Shown piece after piece: positions 10,427-19,627 of a stretch of 64,000 nucleotides of DNA. The notes below the pieces were generated by a model. That model was given only the letters and a program-made list of their open reading frames with translations, was not told the origin of the DNA and made no database searches. Source of the DNA: an uncultured Lachnospiraceae bacterium (lineage in GTDB: Bacteria > Bacillota > Clostridia > Christensenellales > UBA1242); NCBI GenBank assembly GCA_964400145.1, contig CAYNTF010000003.1:75370-139369 (forward strand), written 5' to 3'. Each line of letters begins with the position of its first letter. The first letter of the stretch is position 1. Both the position numbers and the translations under genes were made by a program.

Positions 10427-11977
10427 ATGAAAACAAAGACAAAAGAAAAAACACAACAAGCAAAAGGCGGAAAGTCATCAAGCGCAAAAAACGCGCAGAA
10501 AGTTTGTTTTGATAACGAACTGTATCTCAAACTTCAAAGCGAAAACATTGCCAAGAGAATAAAGAAGTTTCACAATAAACTGTATCTCGAATTTGGTGGC
10601 AAAATTTTCGACGACTTGCATGCTTCAAGAGTTTTGCCTGGTTTTGACCCAAACATAAAAATCAAACTTCTTCAAAAATTGAAAGATAAGACAGAAATCA
10701 TCTTTTGCATAAGTTCCAACGACATCGAAAAGAACAGAATTCGTGCTGACCTTGGGCTTTCGTATGACAACGAAGTTCTGCGCCTTGTGGACAATCTGCG
10801 AAGTCTGGGACTGTATATTTCTGCATTCGTCATCACATTGTATAAAGGTCAACAAAGCGCCACAAAGTTCGGCAAGAAATTGGAACAGCGTGGCGAACGC
10901 GTCTATTTCCACCAATACACAAAAGGCTATCCAAACGATGTTGAAACGATTGTTTCAGACGAAGGCTATGGCGCCAATCCGTTTGTGGAAACCACTCGCC
11001 CGCTGGTTGTTGTCACCGCGCCTGGCGCATCAAGCGGAAAACTTGCAACCTGTTTGTGCCAACTTTATCACGAATATAAGCGTGGCACAAAAGCAGGCTA
11101 TGCGAAGTTTGAAACCTTTCCTGTTTGGAATTTGCCACTCAAACACCCTGTGAACATCGCCTATGAAGCCGCCACGGCAGATTTATATGATGTCAACCAA
11201 ATCGACCAATATCACTTCAATGCCTACGGCAAACTTGCTGTCAACTTCAACCGCGACATCGCCGTATTTCCTGTTTTGCAGAACATTCTGACCAAAATCA
11301 CCGGCAAGGAAGTGTATAAATCGCCGACCGACATGGGCGTGAATATGGTGGCGTCGGCAATCATTGACGACAAAATTGCGCAAGAATACGCCCGAAAAGA
11401 AATTCTGCGAAGATATTATCGCGCCGAATGCGATTACAGACGCGGACAATGCACTTTTGAAACCCTTGAGCGCAACAAATCACTTGTCGCCGAATCGGAC
11501 GCAAAAAACAGTTTGAAAAAAGTGGTTGAAACCGCCAAGGAAACCTCCAAAACAAGTGGCTATCCTTGCGTGGCGCTGGAACTTCCAAATGGAAAAATTG
11601 TGACGGGTAAAACGAAAAAGATTGTTTCAGCATCTGCCGCCGTTGTTCTGAACGCCATTCGAACATTGGCTGGACTTGGCGATGATTTTGATGTCATCAC
11701 AGACGATGTTCTGCTCCCGATTGTCACATATCGCACAAAAGTTTTGAAAGAAAACAACAGCGTTCTGACTTTGGACGATGTTTTGGTGGCACTTTCCATT
11801 TGCACAAGCAAAAATGAGAAAGCAAAGCGCGCATTGGCGGAGATTGAAAAATTGCGTGGTTGCGATGCGCACTGCACATACATTTTGTCAAGCGCCGAAG
11901 AACAAACACTCAAAAAACTTGGCATAAACATCACCTGCGAACCAGTCTTTTTGAACTCAAACTTGTTTGAAGGTTAA
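10427..11977 (+). CDS. DUF1846 (UPF0371) family protein
   Basis: ~515 aa; LYLEFGGKIFDDLHASRVLPGFDPN signature. AAGGAG precedes ATG 10427. Confidence 0.8.
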   Translation: MKTKTKEKTQQAKGGKSSSAKNAQKVCFDNELYLKLQSENIAKRIKKFHNKLYLEFGGKIFDDLHASRVLPGFDPNIKIKLLQKLKDKTEIIFCISSNDIEKNRIRADLGLSYDNEVLRLVDNLRSLGLYISAFVITLYKGQQSATKFGKKLEQRGERVYFHQYTKGYPNDVETIVSDEGYGANPFVETTRPLVVVTAPGASSGKLATCLCQLYHEYKRGTKAGYAKFETFPVWNLPLKHPVNIAYEAATADLYDVNQIDQYHFNAYGKLAVNFNRDIAVFPVLQNILTKITGKEVYKSPTDMGVNMVASAIIDDKIAQEYARKEILRRYYRAECDYRRGQCTFETLERNKSLVAESDAKNSLKKVVETAKETSKTSGYPCVALELPNGKIVTGKTKKIVSASAAVVLNAIRTLAGLGDDFDVITDDVLLPIVTYRTKVLKENNSVLTLDDVLVALSICTSKNEKAKRALAEIEKLRGCDAHCTYILSSAEEQTLKKLGINITCEPVFLNSNLFEG

Positions 11978-12045
11978 GAGAAAAATTGAGAGAAAAAAGA
12001 TTGAAAAAGATTTGTTTTTTAAAGATAAAAAAAGATCAAGAAAGA

Positions 12046-12084
12046 TTAAAAAAACCTTAACGACAAGTTAAGGTTTTTCTTTTC
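12046..12084. terminator. Bidirectional terminator between convergent genes
   Basis: AACCTTAAC/GTTAAGGTT 9-bp stem flanked by A-run and T-run. Confidence 0.7.
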
Positions 12085-12130
12085 TAAAAATTTTAAAATT
12101 TTAATCTGACAATCTCAATTTTTTGAAAAA

Positions 12131-13453
12131 TCAAGCCACTTGGTCAAACTCGTCACCGTTTTCAAGGTCAATGTTGTCTTCGTCATCAAATGTTCCAGCG
12201 CCTTCAACAATCTTCTCGGTCAAATAGCCACCTTCACCTGTGTGCGCTCTTGTTGCGTCAACATAATTGCTGTCAAAGGCAACATCACCAACCAAACTTG
12301 TGCAGTTATAGAACATATTTGTGCTGTCAGTCACTCTTGCAGTTGACCAACCTGTTCCCACATAAATTACTGTAAGAGTCTGACAATTATAAAACATCCT
12401 ACCCATATTTGTCACTCTGCTGGTGTTCCAACTTGACAGGTCTAATTCAGAGAGCTTTAAACAACGATAAAACATCATTTCCATGTTAACAACATTTCTT
12501 GTGTTCCAATTTGAAACATCAACATTTGTCAAATTTGTGCAATTACAAAACATATACTGCATATATTCCGCATTGCTGGTGTTCCAATTTGAAACATCAA
12601 CAGTTTCAATCGGAGTGCTATAAAACATAGCAACAAAATATATCACATTGCTCACATCCCAATTTGCAACATTTATTTCTGCTAATGACTGGCAAGCTTC
12701 AAACATACTCTGCATTCTTATCACTCTACCTACATTCCACTTTGAAACATCAAGTGTGTTTAGCAAGGTGCAACTATAAAACATCCAACCCATGTTAGTC
12801 ACATTGCTCACATCCCATTCTGAAACATCAAGAGTTGTCAGCAATCCGCAGTTATAAAACATATAACTCATATCCGTCACTTTGCTTGTATCAAAGCCAG
12901 AAACATCAAGTGTTGTCAAAGAATCGCAACCATAGAACATATAACTCATGTTTGTAACATTCTTTGTGTTGAAATTGTTCAGAACAATTTCTTCAACGGA
13001 TGCAAAATTATAGAATGCATATGACATGTCAGCATTCACAACAATATCTTTGGTTGAAAGGATATAGATTGTTGTTTCGTCATTGTCTGTAACGCGGTAT
13101 AACCCAATTTGTGCGCCGTTCCAAACATAACTTTCCGCTTCTTGCCCTTCCAAAACATTCACTCCGTTTTCGGTGTATGTGTATTCGCCGTCTTCGGTTT
13201 GGGTATACTCACCACTTTCGTCTTTGTCATAATAATCAAAGACAATTCTTGTCACTGTTTCGTTTTCTTCTTGATAATTCTCGTTATTTTTCAGCAATGT
13301 GTTCAAGTCTTGTCCGCTTGTTATGTCTGTTTTCTCCCCGCTTGAAAGATAAATTGGAAGAAAGATTGCCAGAAACAGAACTGCCACCACTGCCACAACC
13401 GATGCCGTGATAATCGCCACCTTCTTCTTTTTGTTTGTTTCATTTTCAGCCAT
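12131..13453 (-). CDS. DUF285/BspA-like leucine-rich-repeat surface protein, N-terminal TM anchor (paralog 1)
   Basis: Repeated ~25-aa units of the form NVTNMSYMFYGCxSLTTLDVSxWDxS. KKKK followed by a hydrophobic anchor. AAGGAGGT RBS. Confidence 0.85.
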   Translation of the reverse strand: MAENETNKKKKVAIITASVVAVVAVLFLAIFLPIYLSSGEKTDITSGQDLNTLLKNNENYQEENETVTRIVFDYYDKDESGEYTQTEDGEYTYTENGVNVLEGQEAESYVWNGAQIGLYRVTDNDETTIYILSTKDIVVNADMSYAFYNFASVEEIVLNNFNTKNVTNMSYMFYGCDSLTTLDVSGFDTSKVTDMSYMFYNCGLLTTLDVSEWDVSNVTNMGWMFYSCTLLNTLDVSKWNVGRVIRMQSMFEACQSLAEINVANWDVSNVIYFVAMFYSTPIETVDVSNWNTSNAEYMQYMFCNCTNLTNVDVSNWNTRNVVNMEMMFYRCLKLSELDLSSWNTSRVTNMGRMFYNCQTLTVIYVGTGWSTARVTDSTNMFYNCTSLVGDVAFDSNYVDATRAHTGEGGYLTEKIVEGAGTFDDEDNIDLENGDEFDQVA

Positions 13454-13518
13454 TTTTTAATAACCTCCTTTTTATATTTTTTCTTTTGGCTTTTTAAGTT
13501 TTTTCCAAACTCAGTGAC

Positions 13519-13545
13519 ATTATAGCATGCGGGGGGGGAACGCAA
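13519..13545 (-). promoter_or_regulatory. Extended -10 promoter with a C8 tract in the spacer: TTGCGT-T-C8-GCATGC-TATAAT
   Basis: Read directly from the minus strand. G8 at 13531-13538 on the + strand; TGC-TATAAT at 13527-13519; 15-bp spacer. Confidence 0.65.
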
Positions 13546-13582
13546 GCATTTTTAAAAATTTTCAGAAAAATTTTTAAAAATG
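13546..13582. repeat. AT-rich near-perfect 17-bp inverted repeat abutting the -35
   Basis: GCATTTTTAAAAATTTTC-AG-AAAAATTTTTAAAAATG. The same element recurs at 52285-52322. Confidence 0.7.
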
Positions 13583-13710
13583 TTGCTTTTTTTGCCAAAA
13601 TCAGCCCAAAATTGACCAAAATTCGCCCATTTTGCCCAAAAATTCACAAAAAAAATGTGAATTTAAACTCAATGAAATTCATAAAAAATTGAAAATTCGC
13701 CGTTCCAAAC

Positions 13711-13745
13711 AAAAAAAAAGACTATAATTTTTATAGCCTTTTTTA
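13711..13745 (-). terminator. Terminator for the 13841..14104 gene
   Basis: GGCTATAA/TTATAGTC stem (one mismatch) then T9 on the minus strand. Confidence 0.55.
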
Positions 13746-13762
13746 ATCAAATGTCTTTATAT

Positions 13763-13818
13763 ATGATTTTGTTAATCTTATCAACCTAATACATGATTTT
13801 GTTAATCTTATCAACCTA
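13763..13818. repeat. Tandem direct repeat, 2 copies with a 30-bp period
   Basis: ATGATTTTGTTAATCTTATCAACCTA at 13763-13788 and 13793-13818, 26/26 identical. Confidence 0.9.
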
Positions 13819-13840
13819 TTCAAAATCAAACTTGAAATTC

Positions 13841-14104
13841 TTATCTTTCTTTTTCTTCTTGTCGACTCTTAATCTCTTCTTTGGTATCATACATCCCTTT
13901 TGTCAAGATATACGCACTCGACGACAGAAGCCCGCCGTAATACCCGCCAATAATCATCCCCTTGGCAACTTCATATCTTTGTTCATTGTTCGAACTGTTT
14001 TGGTTCGCAACAAGCCATGTCAAACCCGCCGAACCTGTCACAAACCCAAAAATCGCCACACAAGCAAAACATTTTAAAATCTTCTTATAAATCTTTCCTT
14101 TCAT
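13841..14104 (-). CDS. Small membrane protein, unknown function
   Basis: AAGGAG 8 nt before MKGKIYKK; two hydrophobic segments; own terminator. Confidence 0.5.
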   Translation of the reverse strand: MKGKIYKKILKCFACVAIFGFVTGSAGLTWLVANQNSSNNEQRYEVAKGMIIGGYYGGLLSSSAYILTKGMYDTKEEIKSRQEEKER

Positions 14105-14211
14105 CTCACGCGCTCCTTTTTCTTTATAACATCCAAGATTATACCACACAAGCAAATGTCTGTCAAGGTTGATTTCAAATTTTTCAAATGATTTTCAGTG
14201 TTTTTTCCTTT

Positions 14212-14940
14212 CTATTTTGAAATGAAATAGTGCCAGAAAAGTGGCAACATGCTTTCATTTGCCGTCACCATGAATTGCACCTGATATGATGGCTCGTTTC
14301 CGCCAACAAAGTGCTTCAGCCGTCGAGCAACTCCGTTTGCGCTGTCAAAAATTTCCACTCCCCGCCCAAAAATATCTTGAAATATCTCCTTCACAGCCAA
14401 ATAATGCGTGCAACCAAGCACAACTCCTTTCATTGATTGCTTAACTTCGGCAATATCGTTTTTCAAACTGTCTTTCAAGCACTGCAAATCATCCAAGTGA
14501 GCGTCTATATCGCTTGCCAGCGTCGGCATTGCTTTCAAAATCAGATTTGGCGTTTTGTTTATCAAAACATTGTGCTTGATTGTCACTTCTGTTGCCAAAA
14601 CCAAGATTTCTTTTGCGTCATATTTTTCCAGCGCTGGCTTGACGGCTGGAACTGTTCCAATGAAAGTTATGTTTGGAAAAACTTTTCGACAGACATCAAT
14701 ACAAGTGCAAGTGAGTGTGTTGCACGCCAGAATGACAATCTCAAATGGAAAAAATGTGTGTATGTCACGCAAATTTTTTAATGTGATTTCTTGCAACTCT
14801 CGCTTGCTTTTGTTGCCATATGGAAGATTTTTGTTATCGCAAAACATCAGAAAGTTGCACCCGCCCACCACGCTGACGCACTCTTTGAGTATGTTTATGC
14901 CCCCGCTTCCGCTGTCGATTAAAAGAACATTTTTCATCAT
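14212..14940 (-). CDS. murI: Glutamate racemase
   Basis: DSGSGG, ILACNTLT and GCTHY motifs. Confidence 0.85.
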   Translation of the reverse strand: MMKNVLLIDSGSGGINILKECVSVVGGCNFLMFCDNKNLPYGNKSKRELQEITLKNLRDIHTFFPFEIVILACNTLTCTCIDVCRKVFPNITFIGTVPAVKPALEKYDAKEILVLATEVTIKHNVLINKTPNLILKAMPTLASDIDAHLDDLQCLKDSLKNDIAEVKQSMKGVVLGCTHYLAVKEIFQDIFGRGVEIFDSANGVARRLKHFVGGNEPSYQVQFMVTANESMLPLFWHYFISK

Positions 14941-15050
14941 TCATATATATGCGGAAATCAAAATAACTTGCGTTTTTCAACTTTAATTTTAAATGTTTTA
15001 ACGCGCTTAACAAAACTGTGGTTCGTTTTTAGCACATATATGCGAATATA

Positions 15051-15797
15051 TCAAATCAGTGTGTCGATGACCTCTGCGACCAACCCAGACAGAAATTCAA
15101 TTTTCTCTTCCACATCTTTTTCTGCCAAGACAATCTCCTTTTTTTCGCCCAATGATGCGGAAGAAATCATCATCGGAACGCCCAAAGCAAAACACGGCAC
15201 ATTGAGAGTGGATTTGTTTATCGGCATTCCAAAATTGTTCATGGCACTGCCCGGCGTCAGTCCTGCGTCGTTGAATTGTATCGAAGTCCCCAGCCGAGAT
15301 AGCGTCTTTGTTGCAAGGCTATCAAACAAAAAGACCGCCGAAATGTCAAACGCTTCAACGACAAGTCGGATGATATCGCACGCGTTCAAACCTGTGTTGG
15401 CAAAAACATTTGGCATAATTTTGAAAACTCTATTTTTCTTCTTAAACGGCATTATGGTGATTTTCTCAACCGTTCTCACGCCGAAACTGTCCGCCATAAC
15501 CGCCGGATTGCCAATGCCAACAAAAAGAATTCGTCCACTTTTCGTAATTTTTTGTTCCTTAAACAAAAATTTTAAACGATAGGTGAGTTCTGTCTGCAAA
15601 ATTTCTCTGTGTTCTTCCATCAAAAGAGAAAGATTTGGCGCGTTTATGATGAAATAATGCCCCTTTTCAAAATCTTTTATCCGCCTGTTTTGATTGACAA
15701 AAAGTTTGCTTGCCGTGACGCCAAACTTCCCCAAATTGACAGTTTCATAGCCAAAAGCGGACAAATCTTCTCCACTTTCATCAATTAAATCGCTCAT
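15051..15797 (-). CDS. gpr: Germination protease-like endopeptidase (GPR, peptidase A25), short form
   Basis: ILFVGIGNPAVMADSFG ... DAGLTPGS ... ALGVPMM. Divergent from rpsT, as in Bacillus. Confidence 0.65.
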   Translation of the reverse strand: MSDLIDESGEDLSAFGYETVNLGKFGVTASKLFVNQNRRIKDFEKGHYFIINAPNLSLLMEEHREILQTELTYRLKFLFKEQKITKSGRILFVGIGNPAVMADSFGVRTVEKITIMPFKKKNRVFKIMPNVFANTGLNACDIIRLVVEAFDISAVFLFDSLATKTLSRLGTSIQFNDAGLTPGSAMNNFGMPINKSTLNVPCFALGVPMMISSASLGEKKEIVLAEKDVEEKIEFLSGLVAEVIDTLI

Positions 15798-15833
15798 AAT
15801 TCAAATATTGCCAAAAAAATATTGAAAAATAAG

Positions 15834-15862
15834 TTGATTTTTTAAAAAAAGTGTGCTATAAT
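15834..15862 (+). promoter_or_regulatory. rpsT promoter: TTGATT-17-TATAAT with a TGC extended -10
   Basis: Spacing counted directly; lies 35 nt upstream of the rpsT ATG. Confidence 0.6.
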
Positions 15863-15896
15863 GTGCAAGTTAGAGATTATCACAAGGAGAAAACAC

Positions 15897-16163
15897 ATGG
15901 CAAACATCAAATCAGCAAAGAAAAGAGTGTTAATTGAAAAAGAGAGAAGGGCAAGAAACAATTCCGTTAAGTCTGAAATCAAAACTTACATCAAAAAGTT
16001 TAAGGCTGACCTTGCACAAGATGTTGCAAAAGCGGAAGAATCATACAAAATTGCCGTTTCCAAACTTGATGCAGCGGCAAGAGAAGGTGTCATTCACCAA
16101 AATTCTGCTGACCGTAAAAAAGCACACTTTGCAAAAATGTTAGACGACGCTAAAAAAGCATAA
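15897..16163 (+). CDS. rpsT: 30S ribosomal protein S20
   Basis: MANIKSAKKR... with AGGAGA RBS. Confidence 0.95.
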   Translation: MANIKSAKKRVLIEKERRARNNSVKSEIKTYIKKFKADLAQDVAKAEESYKIAVSKLDAAAREGVIHQNSADRKKAHFAKMLDDAKKA

Positions 16164-16320
16164 GCGCCGGTTCTTTTTGCGAGTTATTTTCGGTTCTGTC
16201 AACTTATCAATCAACAAGCACATCTTCTGATGTGCTTTTTTGTTGCACTTTAACCATTTTAATTTATCACTTAATGTCATTTTGTTGCTCACCTGCCTTT
16301 TCATATGTTATAATATCCAC

Positions 16321-16980
16321 ATGATTAAGATAACAAAAAATTGGGCGAATTTGTTGAGTGGTGAATTTGAAAAACCTTATTTCAAAGAATTGCAAGCGTT
16401 TTTGGAAGAAGAATATTCCACTCGCACAATCTATCCACCTATGGAAAATATATTTTCGGCACTCAACGCCACAAAATATGAAGATGTCAAGGTGGTCATA
16501 ATTGGGCAAGACCCATATCATGAACCTAACCAAGCGCATGGCTTGGCATTTTCGGTGCAAGACGGCATCACTTTGCCACCTTCGTTGGAAAACATATACA
16601 AAGAAATTGAGTCCGACCTTGGCATAACTTGCGAAAAATCTGGAAATCTCATTCGCTGGGCAAAACAAGGTGTGCTTCTTCTGAACACTTCTCTCACCGT
16701 CCGTCGCGGACAAGCGAACTCTCATCGCGGTAAAGGCTGGGAAATTTTCACTGAACGCATCATTGAACTCCTTTCAAAGCGCTCCGACCCGATGGTTTTC
16801 ATGCTTTGGGGGTCAAACGCACAGGCATTCATACCAAAAATTGCTGGTCAACATTTGGTACTCAAAGCCCCGCACCCAAGCCCACTCTCTGCCTATCGCG
16901 GTTTTTTCGGATGCCACCATTTTTCAAAGGCAAACGAATTTTTGGCAGAACACGGGAAAACGCCGATTGATTGGCATTAA
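16321..16980 (+). CDS. ung: Uracil-DNA glycosylase
   Basis: GQDPYH and HPSPLS motifs; start at MIKITKNW. Confidence 0.95.
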   Translation: MIKITKNWANLLSGEFEKPYFKELQAFLEEEYSTRTIYPPMENIFSALNATKYEDVKVVIIGQDPYHEPNQAHGLAFSVQDGITLPPSLENIYKEIESDLGITCEKSGNLIRWAKQGVLLLNTSLTVRRGQANSHRGKGWEIFTERIIELLSKRSDPMVFMLWGSNAQAFIPKIAGQHLVLKAPHPSPLSAYRGFFGCHHFSKANEFLAEHGKTPIDWH

Positions 16981-17167
16981 TTTTTCCGTTAAATATTTCT
17001 TTAATTCATATTTTTTTGAACTTTTTTGTGTCCGATTTTTAGCACTTTTAGCGCTCGTTCAAAAGCAAAGTCAGTTGAAAACAATTTATTATGTCGAGTT
17101 TTGAAGACCTTAGTAAATCGTTGGAGTTGTTTCACTTTCTTGCAATAAATCATTTCCGTCACTGTCG

Positions 17168-17977
17168 TCACGCTCTTTTTCGCGTTTCGCGTTTTCTTAT
17201 CGGCACAATCTTGTCGTTCTCTTTGTCTTCAATCTCTTCAACAGACTTTCGCAACGCTTCCATAAGATTGGCAATCGCCTTTGGTTTTTCGCTTTTGACA
17301 ACCTGAATTTTTTGTCCAGCAATCTTGTTGTTTATGGCTTCCATGACGCGCTCTTTATACTCATTTTTATAATCTTTTATATCAAAGTTTTTGGTCATAT
17401 TTTCGATGAGTTTTACGGCAAGTTCCAACTCTTCTTTTTTGACATTTTCTTCTGGTTTATCAACAGGATTTTCTTGAACTTCGTCAGCAAAATGCAGTTT
17501 GGACGCCACAAGTCTGCCATCAATAACCCTGACGGCAAGCAAACATTCACTTGTGCCCAAAACTGCTTTGGCAATGCCAACTTTTTTCTCGTTTGAAAGC
17601 GCCTTAACAAGAAGAGCATAGGCATTTTTTGCACCTGCTGGCTGAACATAATAAGAATCTTCATAGAAAATCGGGTCAATTTCGTCAAGTTTGGAAAATT
17701 GTAAGATTTCAATGTTTTCATCTTTCTTACTTTTCAATTTTTCAAATTCTTCTTTTGTCAAAACCACATATTTGTCTTTTTCATATTCATACCCCTTCAC
17801 AATATCTTCCTGCGAAATTTTCGCTGGACAATCTTCGCAAGTTTTTTGATATTTAATTCTCTGCCCCGTCTTTTTGTGAATCAAATTGAAGCCGATATCA
17901 GCGTTCTTCGTGCATGAGTGAAGTGTGACGGGAATATAAACCAAACCAAATTGTATAGCCGTCTTAATTTTTGCCAT
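17168..17977 (-). CDS. ku: Ku DNA end-binding protein (NHEJ)
   Basis: MAKIKTAIQFGLVYIPVTLH..., typical bacterial Ku of ~270 aa with a basic C-terminal tail. Confidence 0.9.
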   Translation of the reverse strand: MAKIKTAIQFGLVYIPVTLHSCTKNADIGFNLIHKKTGQRIKYQKTCEDCPAKISQEDIVKGYEYEKDKYVVLTKEEFEKLKSKKDENIEILQFSKLDEIDPIFYEDSYYVQPAGAKNAYALLVKALSNEKKVGIAKAVLGTSECLLAVRVIDGRLVASKLHFADEVQENPVDKPEENVKKEELELAVKLIENMTKNFDIKDYKNEYKERVMEAINNKIAGQKIQVVKSEKPKAIANLMEALRKSVEEIEDKENDKIVPIRKRETRKRA

Positions 17978-18180
17978 AATATATCTCCTTGCCCTTATTA
18001 TGTGCAAAATTACATACAAAATGAGAAAATTTCTTTAAAAATACGCAAAATACTTAAAAATTTTTAAATATCTTTTTATATTATTAAAAAATGTTTGGAA
18101 GTTTTCCTTGTCTTGTGCTAGAATTAAACAAGAAACACATCGAAATCAACTTTTTGTCATTCATTTTGGAGGGAAGTATT

Positions 18181-19368
18181 ATGGTAATAACCCTTGTAAC
18201 CGACCAATTCTATCAAAACAATCACGGAACATCAATTTCTGCGCAAAGATTTTACGATGGACTCATAAAGCGTGGTCATATTGTGAGAGTGTTGTCGATC
18301 GACGATGAAAGCAACACAATCTATGCCTTGAAAGAAAGATATTTTGGCAAACCAATAAACAAAATCATCAATTCACAAGGGTTTCAGTTTGCAAAACCAA
18401 GCCCTGAAATAATCAAAAAAGCAGTTGAAGGTGCGGATATCGTGCATGTTTATATGCCGTTCAAACTTGGATATAAGACGATTGAAATTTGCCGTCAAAT
18501 GAATATTCCTTGCACTGCGGGATTTCATCTCGTGCCTGAAAACATAACTTTCACGCTGTATATGGAAGATTTTCACCTGCTTAACAATTCTCTGTGGAGA
18601 AGGTTCCATAACTCTACATACAGATATATTCAACATATTCACTGCCCGTCTGTTATGGTGGCAAAACAAGTTGAAAAGCATAATATTCACTCCAATTTGC
18701 ATGTTATATCAAATGGCTATAACGACTTTTTTAAGGTGAAAGAAGAAGAAAAACCAAAAATTTTTGATAACAAGATTGTCATCACTTTTGTTGGAAGATT
18801 TTCGCGCGAAAAACGCCATGATTTAATTATCAAAGCAGTCAATGCCAGCAAATATCGTGACCAAATTCAACTCGTCTTTGGCGGAAAAGGTCCAATGAAA
18901 AAACATATCATGAAAATGTCCAAGCGCCTGCCAAACTATCCTGTTTTCGGTTTCTTCACCAAAGAACAACTTTGCTCGCTGTTCAACTGTGCCGATTTAT
19001 ACATCCACCCTGCCGACATTGAAGTGGAAGGAATGAGTTGTTTGGAAGCAATCGCGTGCGGTTGCGTGCCGATTGTGTCAAACAGCACAAAGAGTGCCAC
19101 CCCGCAATTTACAACCCATGAACAAAGCATTTTTGAGCATGGAAATTTCCATGATTTAGCGAAGAAGATTGATTGGTGGATTGAACATCCTGACGAGATG
19201 AAAGCACAACGAGAGATAATTGCAAAACATGCAGAGAAGTTCAAGTTGGAGCGAAGCATGGATTTTTACATCAAAATGTTTGAAGATGCCATCAAAGATT
19301 GGGACAACACCTATGACGGCAAATCAAAGAACGCCCCAAAAACAAAAATAATCAACAACTATCAATAA
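18181..19368 (+). CDS. Glycosyltransferase family 4 (glycolipid-synthase-like)
   Basis: GGAGGG RBS; FVGRFSREK ... EGMSCLEAIACGCVPIV (EX7E region). Confidence 0.8.
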   Translation: MVITLVTDQFYQNNHGTSISAQRFYDGLIKRGHIVRVLSIDDESNTIYALKERYFGKPINKIINSQGFQFAKPSPEIIKKAVEGADIVHVYMPFKLGYKTIEICRQMNIPCTAGFHLVPENITFTLYMEDFHLLNNSLWRRFHNSTYRYIQHIHCPSVMVAKQVEKHNIHSNLHVISNGYNDFFKVKEEEKPKIFDNKIVITFVGRFSREKRHDLIIKAVNASKYRDQIQLVFGGKGPMKKHIMKMSKRLPNYPVFGFFTKEQLCSLFNCADLYIHPADIEVEGMSCLEAIACGCVPIVSNSTKSATPQFTTHEQSIFEHGNFHDLAKKIDWWIEHPDEMKAQREIIAKHAEKFKLERSMDFYIKMFEDAIKDWDNTYDGKSKNAPKTKIINNYQ

Positions 19369-19527
19369 TTCAAATTCATTCACAATCAAATAAAAATCAA
19401 AAAAATACATAACAAATTGGCTAAAAATTTGAACTAACAATAACAAAAATCATTTGTGCTAACAAAAAGATTGCCAGAATTATAAAACTACAATAAAATA
19501 AAGAATGCGTAAAACCTGTCTAAACAA

Positions 19528-19564
19528 TAAAAAATGATGTCAAAAAACAGACATCATTTTTTTG
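19528..19564. terminator. Bidirectional terminator
   Basis: AATGATGTC/GACATCATT stem, with T7 on the + strand. Confidence 0.65.
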
Positions 19565-19627
19565 TTGAAAGAATAATCTCAAGCTTTATTGTTTTTGTTC
19601 TGTGCCCTAAATTCAGTTATCTCAAAA

